In this document: positions 13,798 through 25,444 of the stretch, piece after piece
How positions within the stretch are numbered: the first letter of the stretch is position 1
How the letters are laid out: the number at the start of each line of letters is the position of its first letter
From: Eledone cirrhosa
Lineage: Eukaryota
Length of the DNA stretch: 64,000 bases
Assembly: GCA_964016885.1 (NCBI GenBank)
Contig: OZ024741.1
Location: 228,346,001 to 228,410,000 of the forward strand
Direction of reading: 5' to 3'
The notes under the pieces: model-generated
What the model was told of the DNA's origin: nothing
The model's database searches: none
What the model saw: only the letters and a program-made list of their open reading frames with translations
Made by a program: the position numbers and the translations under genes

Positions 13798-14034
13798 TTA
13801 GTACTGATTTCTAAAACACTTAATGAGCACATTCAAATGGTATCTAAATTTCACACATAGCCTGGCTCTACTACCAGGTTTAGAAGCTTACATTTTACAT
13901 CAGAGGTGGGTTTATCACTCACTGTTGATGCTTACATTTTACATCTGAGCTGGTTTTCACGGGGCTTAGTGGGATCCACAATCGAGTACTGCTCCCAACG
14001 TTAGGAACAGTGCTGCTACTACACATATAGACAC

Positions 14035-14122
<88 letters not shown>

Positions 14123-14174
14123 GTCTAGTTGACGGCCGAGAGAAAGGAATACTCAATACCTAAATAGAGTTTAA

Positions 14175-14321
14175 ATATTCATTTTATTAAGGCTAAATAT
14201 TACGCCTTGTTACTCTGGGGTTTCACCTGCTTCTCACAGGGTCATCAGGGAAGCAACTATGAGAAGCAGGCAACATTCTTGAGTAACAAGATTCACTATT
14301 TAGCCTTAATAAAATGAATAT
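14175..14321. repeat. Inverted repeat (arms ~65 bp) containing a minus-strand hammerhead core (14205-14255); PLE pLTR remnant
   Basis: Minus: CTGATGA-c cctg tgagaag cagg t-GAAA-ccccagag-TA; the arm recurs inverted at 14257-14321. Confidence 0.7.
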
Positions 14322-14454
14322 ATAAATCAGAATAGAACCAGTTGAAACTAGTTCGACTATTACCCAACAGAATACTCGATACTTGGGGTAGTAGAGTATG
14401 GCTATATCGGGTCCCGGCTCGTTATAAAATGAACACATATATATATATATATAT

Positions 14455-17400
14455 ATAAGGAAAAAAGATGAAATCGAAAATGCAACTGGAGTTTTTTTAT
14501 TTTTAAATATATATTTATTTGGTTCTTTTACCGGTTTCGCAGTTCTTCTGCTTTTCAAAAGTAGAATTGAGATGGAGGGTTTGTGGTTTTTCTTACATCT
14601 GGTTGGTCTTTGAATGTTTCTTTTGTTTTACATGGACAAAAGTGGCTCGAAATGCCAGGTTTTTAGAGAAGTAATTTGATTGGTTGGTGAATAAGTATAA
14701 TAAATTTTGCGCCAGTTCGCGTTACAAAGTTCTTCAAACAAGGAGGGGGGGGGGGGGCAATCAGGTTGTTTTTTCATATATTTGTGAAGTTTGGTTGGAT
14801 GATGCAGTCACGTGAATAAGCACATCAGCTTTCGCGCCAGTTTCTGTTTAAATTTCTTTTTACTTTAAAAAAAAGTGGATCACGAAGGCTTTTTTTCATA
14901 AATGTAATTTGATTGGTTATAAATGAAATTATGACTGTCACGTGAACAAGTACATTAAATTTCGCGCCCATATTTTTGAATTTTTTTATAACCATTTAGA
15001 GAATTTTGTGCCAAACAAAAGATAATGGTCAAGAAAAAGGGATGGAGAGAGTTGTTCTGAGTATGACTGATGTGCTGAAATGTAATTTGATTGGTTATAA
15101 ATGAAATTATGACTGTCACGTGAAGAAGTACATTAAATTTCACGCCCGTATTTGGGAATTTATTTTGTAGCCTTTTAGAGAATTTTGTGCCAAACAAAAG
15201 ATAATGGTAAAAAAAAATGGGATGGGGAGAATTGTTCTGGTTCAGTGAATATGGCTGGTGCGCTGGGGTGTCAGAATTCAGACTTTCTATTGAAATAAAG
15301 AAATTAGAGATATGTATGTTCATTTGTGTGCTTGTGTGTGTGTGAGTGTGAGTGTGAGTGTGTGTGTGTGTGTGTGTGTAGGAAGATGATTCTATTTGTA
15401 AAAATGGGGGAGCGAGTTGTGTGTGTGTGTATGGGTGTTATGTATGTGTATGTGTGTGTGGGAGTATGGTTTGCATGTTAAGATGGAGAGAATATATATA
15501 TTTTGTGTGTGTGTGTAGGAAAATGATTCTATTAGTAGAAATGGGGAGGGAGTTGTGTGTGTATGGGTGTTATATGTGTGTGTGTGTGTGGGAGTATGGT
15601 TAGCATGTTAAGAGGGAGAGAATATATATATTCTGTGTGTGTGTGTAGGAAAATGATTCCGTTAGTAGAAATGGGGGAGGGAGTTATGTGTGTGTGGGGT
15701 GTGTGGTTAGTATGTTAAGGTGTTAGAGTATTAACGTATGTTAAGGTTTATTTACTTCTGGTTTTTATTTTCTAAAGTTGAAGGTGTTATGTGTGTGTGT
15801 ATGTATGTGTCTGTTTGGATGGTTAGCATGTTATGGTGTTGACATAATGTATATTAAACTATATTTAATTGTTTCTACTTTTGGCACAAGGCCATCAATT
15901 ACCCAGTACATTACTGGTACTTTATTTTATCGACCCCGTAAGGATGAAAGGCAAAGTTAACCCCAGCGGGATTTAAACTATATTTAATGCTGGTCTATAT
16001 TTTTGAATAAACATTTTTCTTATTTATTCGTATTTGTTCTGTTGTATTGTCAGCGCAAAGATAAAATGGGAAGACTTGGAATTTGGGTGTCTTATTACTT
16101 GCGCATATGTCTAGATGTGCACTTAGTGTTATCTGTCTCGTGGTTGGATCTCGTAATTGTTGGCGATGAACTGTCATTTTGAGTGTGAGTTAGTTTGTCC
16201 TATATAATCTTCATTGCTCCTTTACATTTAATGGCATAAAGTAGATTTTTTGATTGAAATGTATACGTGTTGCATTCAATGAGGTGAGTGCAGGTTCCAC
16301 AATTAGAGCGACCACATTTTATGACAGTTGGTTGTTGGTTTGTGGTAGGTAATTTGGCATTGGTGAGTAATGTTTTTAGTGATTTCGGTTGTCTTTTGCT
16401 TTTGATTATTTGGTGTGTTTCAAGGGCTTTTTTCATTCTTGGGTCTTGTTTCAATAGTGGGATGTTCTTGTGAATAGTGTTGTAAGCTTCCGCATTTCTT
16501 GGGTTGTGTGTTGAGATATATGATAGAATATTGGACGTACCTTGAATTTGTTTCTGTTTTCGTAATTCATCAATGCCTATTGCTTTAGCGCTTTCTATTC
16601 AATTATTTATTAGTAATGGTGAGTACTGTCTTTCGAGTAGAATTTCCTTTAATTCTTGAAGTCTTTTATTTCGCGTTTCATAATTGGAGACAATTGTGCA
16701 AATTCTTCTTGCTAGGTTAGAAGGGATGTTTGTCTTCGCGTGCTTTGGATGGTTGGAGGTGAATAGCAGGTATTGTTTGGAATCTGTTGGTTTGTAGTGT
16801 ATGTCAGTTTCAATTTGTGTGTCTTATTTTAAGATTAAGATGTCCAGAAATGGGAGTTGATCTTGGCTGTTCCATTGTAAATTGGATGTGCTTATTGATG
16901 CCGTTAATTACATTTTTGAAATCATTTAGTTGGTCGAATGTGTGAGACCAAAGGATGAGACAATCATCCAAGTAACGTTTCCAATTCTCTGATAAATATT
17001 TGTGGAAGTTCAATCCGTATTTTGATTTGGACTGTTCATATATCTCGACTTCCAAGTATGCCATGACTAAGTTGGCATAAGATGGAGCGGCTTTTGTACC
17101 CAACTCTCTCCATCGCATTTTTCTTGACTATTATCTTTTATTTGGCACAAAATTCTCTAAATGGTTATAAAAAAATTCCAAAATACGGGCGCGAAATTTA
17201 ATGTACTTGTTCACGTGACAGTCATAATTTCATTTATAACCAATCAAATTACATTTACAAAAAAAAAAACCTTCGTGAACCACTTTTTTTAAGTAAAAAG
17301 AAATTCATACACAAATTGGCGCGAAAGCTGATGTGCTTATTCACGTGACTGCATCAACCAAACTTCACTAATATATGAAAAAACAACCTGAGCCCGTCCC

Positions 17401-17746
17401 CCTTTCTTTGAAGAACTTTGTAAAGCGAACTGGCGCGAAATTTATTATACTTATTCACCAACCAACCAAATTACTTCTCTAAAAACCTGGCATTTCGAGC
17501 CATTTTTTTCCATATAAAACAGAAGTAACATTCAAAGACCAACCAGATGTGAGTAAAACCACAGACCCTTCATCTCAATTCTACTTTTGAAAAGCAGAAT
17601 AACTACAAAACCGGTAAAGGAACCAAATAAATATATATTTAAAAAAAAAAAAACTCCAGTTGCATTTTCGATTTCATCTTTTTTCGTTATACTTTCACTC
17701 GTGTAGGACACCTCGGTTATTTTTCATTTTGTAAAAAAAACCTCAC

Positions 17747-17752
<6 letters not shown>
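14455..17752 (-). mobile_element. Penelope-like element (Neptune-type) remnant with inverted pLTRs
   Basis: 14455-15045 is the reverse complement of ~17118-17690; minus-strand RT/GIY-YIG fragments lie between; a further pLTR piece sits at 18233-18431. Confidence 0.88.
15995..17105 (-). pseudogene. PLE RT C-terminal half + GIY-YIG endonuclease, disrupted
   Basis: GTKAAPSYANLVM, WKRYLDD, IQFTME, FTSNHPKH, KCGRSNCGTC, KNLLYAIKC, YIGQT, MTVHRQQ. Confidence 0.9.
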
Positions 17753-17778
<26 letters not shown>

Positions 17779-17908
17779 GCAAAGTTTTATTTAAATTGTT
17801 GGGTTACAACGAGTAAATATTTATAACTGATATAAAAGCACTCAACAAGTATTTGGAGTATATTTACGATATTAAATAAATGGAAACTATATTTATAAAA
17901 CCATATTT

Positions 17909-17972
17909 ATTTCCTTATATATATTTCAGGGATATCATATTAAAAATATGGTATGCCTTCTTCAGACAAAAT
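17909..17972 (-). ncRNA. Minimal type I hammerhead (CUGAAGA core, palindromic TATATA stem III)
   Basis: Minus: TATTTTGT-CTGAAGA-aggcataccatatt ttt aatatgatatccct-GAAA-TATATA-TA-AGGAAATA. Confidence 0.7.
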
Positions 17973-18256
17973 ACAATATAAACAATCTTATAAATAGATA
18001 GATTTGACATACCTTACAACTTCAACTTCCATTTAAAAAGTTGATTTGGTAGTGAAAAATGTTAGGGACAGTTATAAAAAGAAAGAAAGAAAGAAAGCGA
18101 AGAAAAAGAAGAAATGCATGCAACGAAAAACAGAGAGAGATAGATATAGAGAGATAGATAGAGAGAAGAAATTCATGTAAAGAAAAAAACAGAGAGAGAT
18201 AGATAGAGAGAGAAAAAATATATATAAATATACCAAAGACCCTCCATCTCAACTCA

Positions 18257-18294
18257 CCTTTTGAAAAGCAGAAGAACTGCGAAACCGGTAAAGG
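18257..18294 (+). ncRNA. Minimal hammerhead-like motif with variant core (UUGAAAA); copies at 14525-14562 (-) and 17583-17620 (+)
   Basis: CCTT-TTGAAAA-GCAG AAGAA CTGC-GAAA-CCGG-TA-AAGG. Confidence 0.6.
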
Positions 18295-18431
18295 AACCAA
18301 ATAAATATATATATTTAAAAAAAAAAAAAGACTCCAGTTGCATTTTCGATTTCATCTCGTTTTCTTTATACTTTCACTCGTGTAGGACACCTCGGTTATT
18401 TTTCATTTTGTAAAAAAAACCTCACTTTCTA

Positions 18432-18796
<365 letters not shown>

Positions 18797-18935
18797 GACG
18801 AGGTTATAATATCATCTATAATCTTGCTTGCACACATTACACACTGAATGAAGTATGGAATGAAGTTTTATCGAAGAAAACCTGTCTCAGAGTGCTAACC
18901 AAGCATATGTTTGCAATGTGGCATGTGCACCTTGT

Positions 18936-18970
<35 letters not shown>

Positions 18971-19260
18971 ACTATTGCAAGCTTTCGAACATATTTATAC
19001 ATGTGTACACATAATCATCGACAATAGATTCAGATAGACAATCAGAAACTCTCGCACATACTCAAAAAAGACATATACAAATACACATTCGCCATCACAC
19101 ATATATACCCACATGCACACACACGCATACACGCACGGACACACACACACACAGACAAACAAACAATGAAAGAAACATGAAAGGGGGTGTTCGGGGAGAG
19201 AGAGAGAGGGAGGGGTGGGGGTGGGGGTGAGAAGTGCTTAGTAAGGCACCAGCCCGTTAC

Positions 19261-19448
19261 CTTCCGAGATTTACAATGTTTGCAAAGAGTCTGTAAGTCG
19301 GAACATTCTCTTGAGAGGAAAGTCGGTGAAGTAGGAAGAAGTAAGAGAGGAGGGAAGTATAGTCATAGTTGACAGGTGAGAGCCTGAGGTAGCTGGTCCT
19401 GGTATAATGGCGATGTCATCCTTTCTATAATGGAACGTCGTTGATGTG
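19261..19448 (-). other. Candidate 188-nt host-gene exon
   Basis: Minus strand: ~55-nt polypyrimidine tract ending CACGCAG, non-repetitive sequence, donor AAG|GTAACG. Product not recognised. Confidence 0.6.
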
Positions 19449-19497
19449 CTGCGTGAGCGAGAGAGAAAAATAGGGAAAAATAGAGGAAGAAGAAAGA

Positions 19498-19682
19498 GGA
19501 AATGAACAGTTGTGTGAAGGAAAGACAATATACAGCGACAGACAGATAAATAAAAAGATAGTGGCTTGGTGGCTGGAGAATTGAATTCACAATCGTTAGG
19601 TTGCGAGTTCAATTCCCGGACCGGGTTATGCGTCATGTCCTTGAGCAAGACACTTTATTTCATGTTGCTCTTCTACCAGGAG
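19498..19682 (+). repeat. ~183-bp segment (unique-looking flank + SINE head) duplicated almost exactly at 21448-21630
   Basis: GGAAATGAACAGTTGTGTGAAGG...CTCTTCTACCAGGAG in both places. Confidence 0.9.
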
Positions 19683-20029
19683 TTGCGACCGGTAGATAGT
19701 ATCAGCAATGGCAATACTAATAGAAACATTGTTTCCTTGGTCCGATTTGACGAATTCCACCCCACCCAGTAAGCAAGTTATGTCTGGCTGGGATCTTGTC
19801 AATCGATTCGATTGATATATATATATATATATATATATACACGGGTGTGTATGATTGTGTATAGAAGATTATATTAATAAAGGAATTCCAACTTTGTCTG
19901 ATTTACTCGTTTTATTTAAAATCCTTTAAAATGATAATGATATTATAATGAAATAGTATGGTAGAATATTAAGTGTTAAATGTTAATTGAACAAGTACTT
20001 TCATGCTTTCGCAATAATAATAGTAATAA

Positions 20030-20216
20030 TTGTTTCTACTTTTGGCACAAGGTCATCAATTAACCAGTACATTACTGGTACTTTATTTTATCGAACCCGT
20101 AAGGATGAAAGGCAAAGTTAACCTCGGCGGGATTTGAACTCAGACCGCAAAGGGACGTGACTATGCTGGAAAGCATGGCGCCCGACCCTCTACCGATACT
20201 GCCAATCTACCGCCCT
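20030..20216 (-). mobile_element. Full-length SINE (dominant family) inserted in (TAA)n
   Basis: Minus: AAGGGCGGTAGATTGGCAGTATCGG...GAGTTCAAATCCC...GTAGAAACA; AATAATAGTAATAAT on both sides. Confidence 0.92.
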
Positions 20217-20524
20217 TAATAATAGTAATAATAATAATATGATTTATTTAAATTCGCTTTTCATTTGGAAAACAAATTTCGATGAAAAAAGACACTTATT
20301 TAAACATTGACAAAAATATTTTAAAGATATTTTTATTATGAATTTCTTTTTTAAACTTTCTCCATTCATGTTTTATCAATCTCATTTTTAGGTGTTTTTT
20401 TTTAATATTTCTTCCATATTTTTCGTTATTTCTTTCCCAAATATTTTCTTACCATGTCAGCACTCATTTTTTTTTATGTGCATATTGATCTCACTGACTA
20501 TTATAATACTTTACTTATGCTGTT

Positions 20525-20567
<43 letters not shown>

Positions 20568-20577
20568 TAAACATATA

Positions 20578-20960
20578 TGTGGATTGGCAGTATCGGTAGA
20601 AGATCGGACGCCATGCTTTGCGACATGGAGTTATGGCCCGTTACGGTATGTGTTCAAATCCTGCCGAGGTTAACTTTGCCTTTCATCCTTACGGAGTCGA
20701 TAAAATAATGTAACAGTAATGCCCTGGTATAATTGCTGGCCTTGTGCCAAAAGTAGAAACATCGATTATTAAAGGCGGTGAATTCGATCGATGTAACTAT
20801 GCTTTACAGCATAGAGTTACGACCCTTTACGGTCTGAGTTCAAATCCCGCCGAGGTTAGTTTTGCCTTTCATCCTTACGAGGTCGATAAAATAAAACACC
20901 AGTAATGTACTGGGGGTTTTTGCTAGCATTGTTCCTAATGTAGAAACAATTATTATTATT
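20578..20960 (+). mobile_element. Two tandem SINEs (dominant family)
   Basis: Same head, B box, central domain and tail; followed by TTATTATT. Confidence 0.9.
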
Positions 20961-21629
20961 TCCTTGGATATCTGGGCATTCACTTATATCCCACAGGGTT
21001 TCAACCGGGAGCCTGGTGTGGGGGATGGTTTATGACGCAATTTTTCTCAGCCCCATAGATGGTATTTTGTTGGGAGTTTGAGAACGGAAGTAGCAGTGCA
21101 TTCTATACGGCGCGCGCGCGCACACAACACACACGCACACACACATATACATACACACATACATACACACACATACATACACATATACACACATACATAC
21201 ACACAATCACACAGAGAGAATATTCATAGATCCAAATAGTCTATATACATTATTTACAGATACATATTCTCAGTAAATCCAATTATTTACACGTTATACA
21301 TTCCTTTTGCAAATGTATGCACATTTAAAGACAGAATTGAATAGATAATAGATAAAGTGCAATCTCTGGTCCAATGATGTGTCACATACGAGATGTGGGC
21401 AGTACTAGCGATCTTTCGACTTTCTTTTAAACAGGTTTTACCTGGTGGAAATGAACAGTTGTGTGAAGGAAAGACAATATACAGCGACAGACAGATAAAT
21501 AAAAAGATAGTGGCTAGGTGGCTGGAGAATTGAATTCACAATCGTTAGGTTGCGAGTTCAATTCCCGGACCGGGTTATGCGTCATGTCCTTGAGCAAGAC
21601 ACTTTATTTCATGTTGCTCTTCTACCAGG

Positions 21630-22410
21630 AGAAGAATTTGTCAGTTCTCTTGTATGTCAGGCCAATTGCTCCAACTATAACTAGGATAGTGATGGCTTTC
21701 ATCTTCCACATATTCTGAATTTATATTTCAATATCCTTGTATTTTGAAATTTTTTGCCATGTTTATCATGAAGCTCATTTTGTTGTTTTTATCTTTTATT
21801 ATGATATCTGGTCTAAGGGCGGTGGATTGGCAATATCGGTAGAGGGTCGGATGCTATGCTTTGCAGCACAGAATTACGGCCCTTTACGATTTGAGTTCAA
21901 ATCCCGCCGAGGTTAACTTTGCCTTTCATCTTTACGGTGTCGATAAAATAAAGCACTAGTAACGCACTGGGCATACTGGGGTCGATTTAATCGACTTTCC
22001 CCTTCCTCCAAATTACAGGCCTTGTGCCTATATTAGAAATCCTTATGATATCTCGTCTATTAGCTTTGATTGTCCTGTCAGTGTGTATTGTAAAATCTCA
22101 CACGTCAATTGGCAGTATCGGTAGAGGGTTGGACGCCATGCTTTCTAGCATAGTTACGTCCCTTTACAGTCTGAGTTCAAATCCCGCCGAGGTTAACTTT
22201 GCCTTTCATCCTTACGGGGTCGATAAAATAAAGTACCAGTAATGTACTGGATAATTGCTGGCCTTGTGCCTAAAGTAGAAACAATTATAACATTACTAAT
22301 TTTTGTAACCGTATCTGGATGGTGTTGATACCAGTTTTGTATTGTTTCTTTTCCATAAAATTTACATATTTTCCAGTGGATGTACTGCCTCACTCTGTCA
22401 TGTCTGTTTT
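21630..22410 (-). pseudogene. Old R4-clade C-terminal (RLE domain) fragment interrupted by two SINEs
   Basis: RQYIHWKICKFY...WYQHHP, DFTIHTDRTIKANR, RPDII, SKYKDIEI, MWKMK, IVGAIG on the minus strand. Confidence 0.8.
21815..22285 (+). mobile_element. Two SINEs (21815-22040 with ~17-bp TSD; 22108-22285)
   Basis: TSD TTATGATATCTGGTCTA (21799-21815) / TTATGATATCTCGTCTA (22043-22059). Confidence 0.88.
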
Positions 22411-22411
22411 T

Positions 22412-22794
22412 GTCTTCGAAATGCTTTTAATTAAGCATACAGTGTATTGCAAAATACATTATATACACATTCATATATATATCGCTATTTCAGAGCGCCA
22501 ATTCTAATTTTCAATTTCTGCTTGACCGGCAACCGCTCTGTATAATCAGTTCCCGATTATTACTAGAAATTCTATAAGAATCAAACATTCATGATTTTCA
22601 GCAAACAGGTGGAGTACTTGGCTATGATAAGTACCAATCAGTACGAAACATAGCTCTGTCAGTTTTATCTCCCCCTGTTTGCTGAAAATTTAAAGTAAGT
22701 GAGACTGTCACTACTCTAAAACAATAGCATAAGGTCTTCGAAATGCTTTTAATTAAGCATACAGTGTATTGCAAAATACACTATATATACATTC

Positions 22795-22800
<6 letters not shown>
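22412..22800 (+). mobile_element. ~320-bp unit with ~67-bp direct terminal repeat and internal degenerate hammerhead (retrozyme-/pLTR-like)
   Basis: GTCTTCGAAATGCTTTTAATTAAGCATAC... at 22412 and 22735; hammerhead-shaped motif at 22594-22689. Confidence 0.55.
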
Positions 22801-22844
<44 letters not shown>

Positions 22845-22859
22845 TATATATAGATAGAG

Positions 22860-22991
22860 AGAGATTACAGTAATCAAAGTTCAGTTTAAGTCATTTATTT
22901 GCTTACAATTGTTTCCTCCAAACCGAGGTTTGGAGGAAACAATTGTAAGTAAATAAATGACTTAAACTGAACTTTGATTACTGTAATCTCT
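22860..22991. repeat. Near-perfect palindrome, 65-bp arms, 2-nt spacer
   Basis: AGAGATTACAG...CCTCCAAACC GA GGTTTGGAGG...CTGTAATCTCT with one mismatch. Confidence 0.95.
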
Positions 22992-23200
22992 ATATAACTG
23001 CTCTGTATAACAACTGATGTTATTACATTGAGCTATTTAACTTACTGGTAATAGGATAGTAATTAAAGACTATCTCTCACTATTTAGGGTTTGTGTATAT
23101 ATAATATATTACCATCAAAGGTTTTATTGCATACATAACCATAAATAGTACCCTTAATACTTATATATATATATATATATTTATTAAAATAATAGATTAA

Positions 23201-23251
23201 AGTTTAAGCAAAGAATCGCTGCTTTCACCCTTAACGGGATCTTCTGAAACT
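23201..23251 (-). ncRNA. Type I hammerhead-like motif with CAGAAGA core; second copy at 33768-33818
   Basis: Minus: AGTTT-CAGAAGA-t ccc gttaa ggg t-GAAA-GCA gcgattctt TGC-TT-AAACT. Confidence 0.6.
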
Positions 23252-23415
23252 AACAAAGTCAATCTGTGAACGCAGAAGTGAATATTTCAAAAAACGTTAT
23301 ATATATATATATATATATAAATACAGAGAGAGAGATAATTACATGCATACCTATGTATAAATAAATATATAATTATATTTACTCATACACACATATCCGT
23401 GTGTATATATTTATG

Positions 23416-23448
<33 letters not shown>

Positions 23449-23677
23449 ATGTGTGTGTGTGTGTGTGTGTCTGTGGACTAAAAATGATTTTAATATTTCT
23501 CTGTTTAAAGTTCAGGATGGTCTGCTAACTGTATTTGAACCGGCAACCTCTGAACTTTCACTCGGGTTGATATTTAACAATATTGGACATAACACTGACA
23601 TATGAAATATATGACAACATAATGATATGTTGTTGTCTGAGCATCAAACAACACACCACCAACACACTATTACTACA

Positions 23678-24800
23678 GGTGGTAGTAGTGGTGGTGGTGG
23701 TGGTTGTGGTGGTGGTGGCGGTTGTGGTTGTGGCGGCGTGTGGTGGTGGTGGTGATGGTGATGATGGTGGTGGTTGTGGCGGTGGCGGTGGAGGTGGTGG
23801 TGGTGCTGGTTATGGTGGTGGTGGCGGTTGTGGTTGTGGCGGCGTGTGGTGGTGGTGGTGGTGGTGGTGATGGTGATGATGGTGGTGGTGGTGGCGGTGG
23901 CGGTGGAGGTGGTGGTGGTGCTGGTTGTGGTGGTGGTGGCGGTTGTGGTTGTGGCGGCGTGTGGTGGTGGTGGTGGTGGTGGTGATGGTGATGATGGTGG
24001 TGGTTGTGGTGGTGGCGGTGGAGGTGGTGGTGGTGCTGGTTGTGGTGGTGGTGGCGGTTGTGGTTGTGGCGGCGTGTGGTGGTGGTGGTGGTGGTGGTGA
24101 TGGTGATGATGGTGGTGGTTGTGGTGGTGGCGGTGGAGGTGGTGGTGGTGCTGGTTGTGGTGGTGGTGGCGGTTGTGGTTGTGGCGGCGTGTGGTGGTGG
24201 TGGTGGTGGTGGTGGTGGCGGTTGTGGTTGTGGCGGTGGAGGTGGTGGTGGTGCTGGTTGTGGTGGTGGTGGCGGTTGTGGTTGTGGCGGCGTGTGGTGG
24301 TGGTGGTGGTGGTGGTGATGGTGATGATGGTGGTGGTTGTGGTGGTGGCGGTGGAGGTGGTGGTGGTGGTGCTGGTTGTGGTGGTGCAGGTGGTGCCGGT
24401 GAAGGTGGCGGCGGTGGCATGTGTGGTGGTGGTGGTGGTGGTGGTGTTGGTGATGGTGGTGATGGTGGTGGTTGTGGTGGTGGCGGTGGAGGTGGTGGTG
24501 GTGCTGGTTGAGGTGGTGCAGGTGGTGCCGGTGAAGGTGGCGGCGGTGGCATGTGTGGTGGTGGTGGTGGTGTTGGTGTTGGTGATGGTGGTGATGGTGG
24601 TGATGGTGGTGGTGGTGGTGGTGGCGGTGGAGGTGGTGGTGGTGCTGGTTGAAGTGGTGCAGGTGGTGCCGGTGAAGGTGGCGGCGGTGGAATGTGTGGT
24701 GGTGGTGGTGTTGGTGTTGGTGTTGGTGTTGGTGATGGTGGTGATGGTGTTGGTGGTGGAGCCGGCGGCGTGTGTGTGTGTGTGTGGTGGTGTGGTGGTG
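23678..24800. repeat. (GGT)n-derived higher-order minisatellite (~115-bp units)
   Basis: Recurring GGCGGTGGAGGTGGTGGTGGTGCTGGTTG...GGCGGCGTGTGG...GATGGTGATGAT. Confidence 0.93.
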
Positions 24801-25400
24801 TGGCGGCAGAGTTGGTGGTAAGAGAGTGGAAGTAGTCGTGGTAGAGGTGAGAGTGATGGTGATTTTAGTGAGTGGTGAGAGTGAAGATGGTGGTGTGAGG
24901 GAGCGAGAGGGTCAGAGTGAGCGAGCGTGGAGGCGGAGGGGTGGGGGTGGGGGGTGATGGTGATAGTGGTAGGGTCGTTATGGAGATGACGTTAGTGGTG
25001 GGGTGGTCATGATGTTGGGGGATTATGGTGGTGGTCGTGATGTTGGGGGATTATGGTGGTAGTAGTGTGATGGAGGTGGCGGTGGAGTGTGAATGGAGTC
25101 GATGACCTTAAGTGAAGGTGGTGGAGCTAGTGTATGTTTGGCTCACTGTTGCTGCTATTGACTTTGTTGTTGTTGTTGTTGTTGTTGCCGTCGTTGTTGG
25201 TTGGTCATGTGATCTCTCTGATCCAAAAGATAGATGATAAAAGACGTTCCAGATGTGACCATCTCCATCTGACGTGTTTGTGTGTATACTGACGACTGGT
25301 GTCTGAATGGTGGTTGTAATTGTTGTTGTTGTTGTTGTGGTGGTGGTGGTGGTGGTGGGGAGGTGATATGAATGTTTATAAGGATGGTGCTATCTGAAGA

Positions 25401-25402
<2 letters not shown>

Positions 25403-25444
<42 letters not shown>

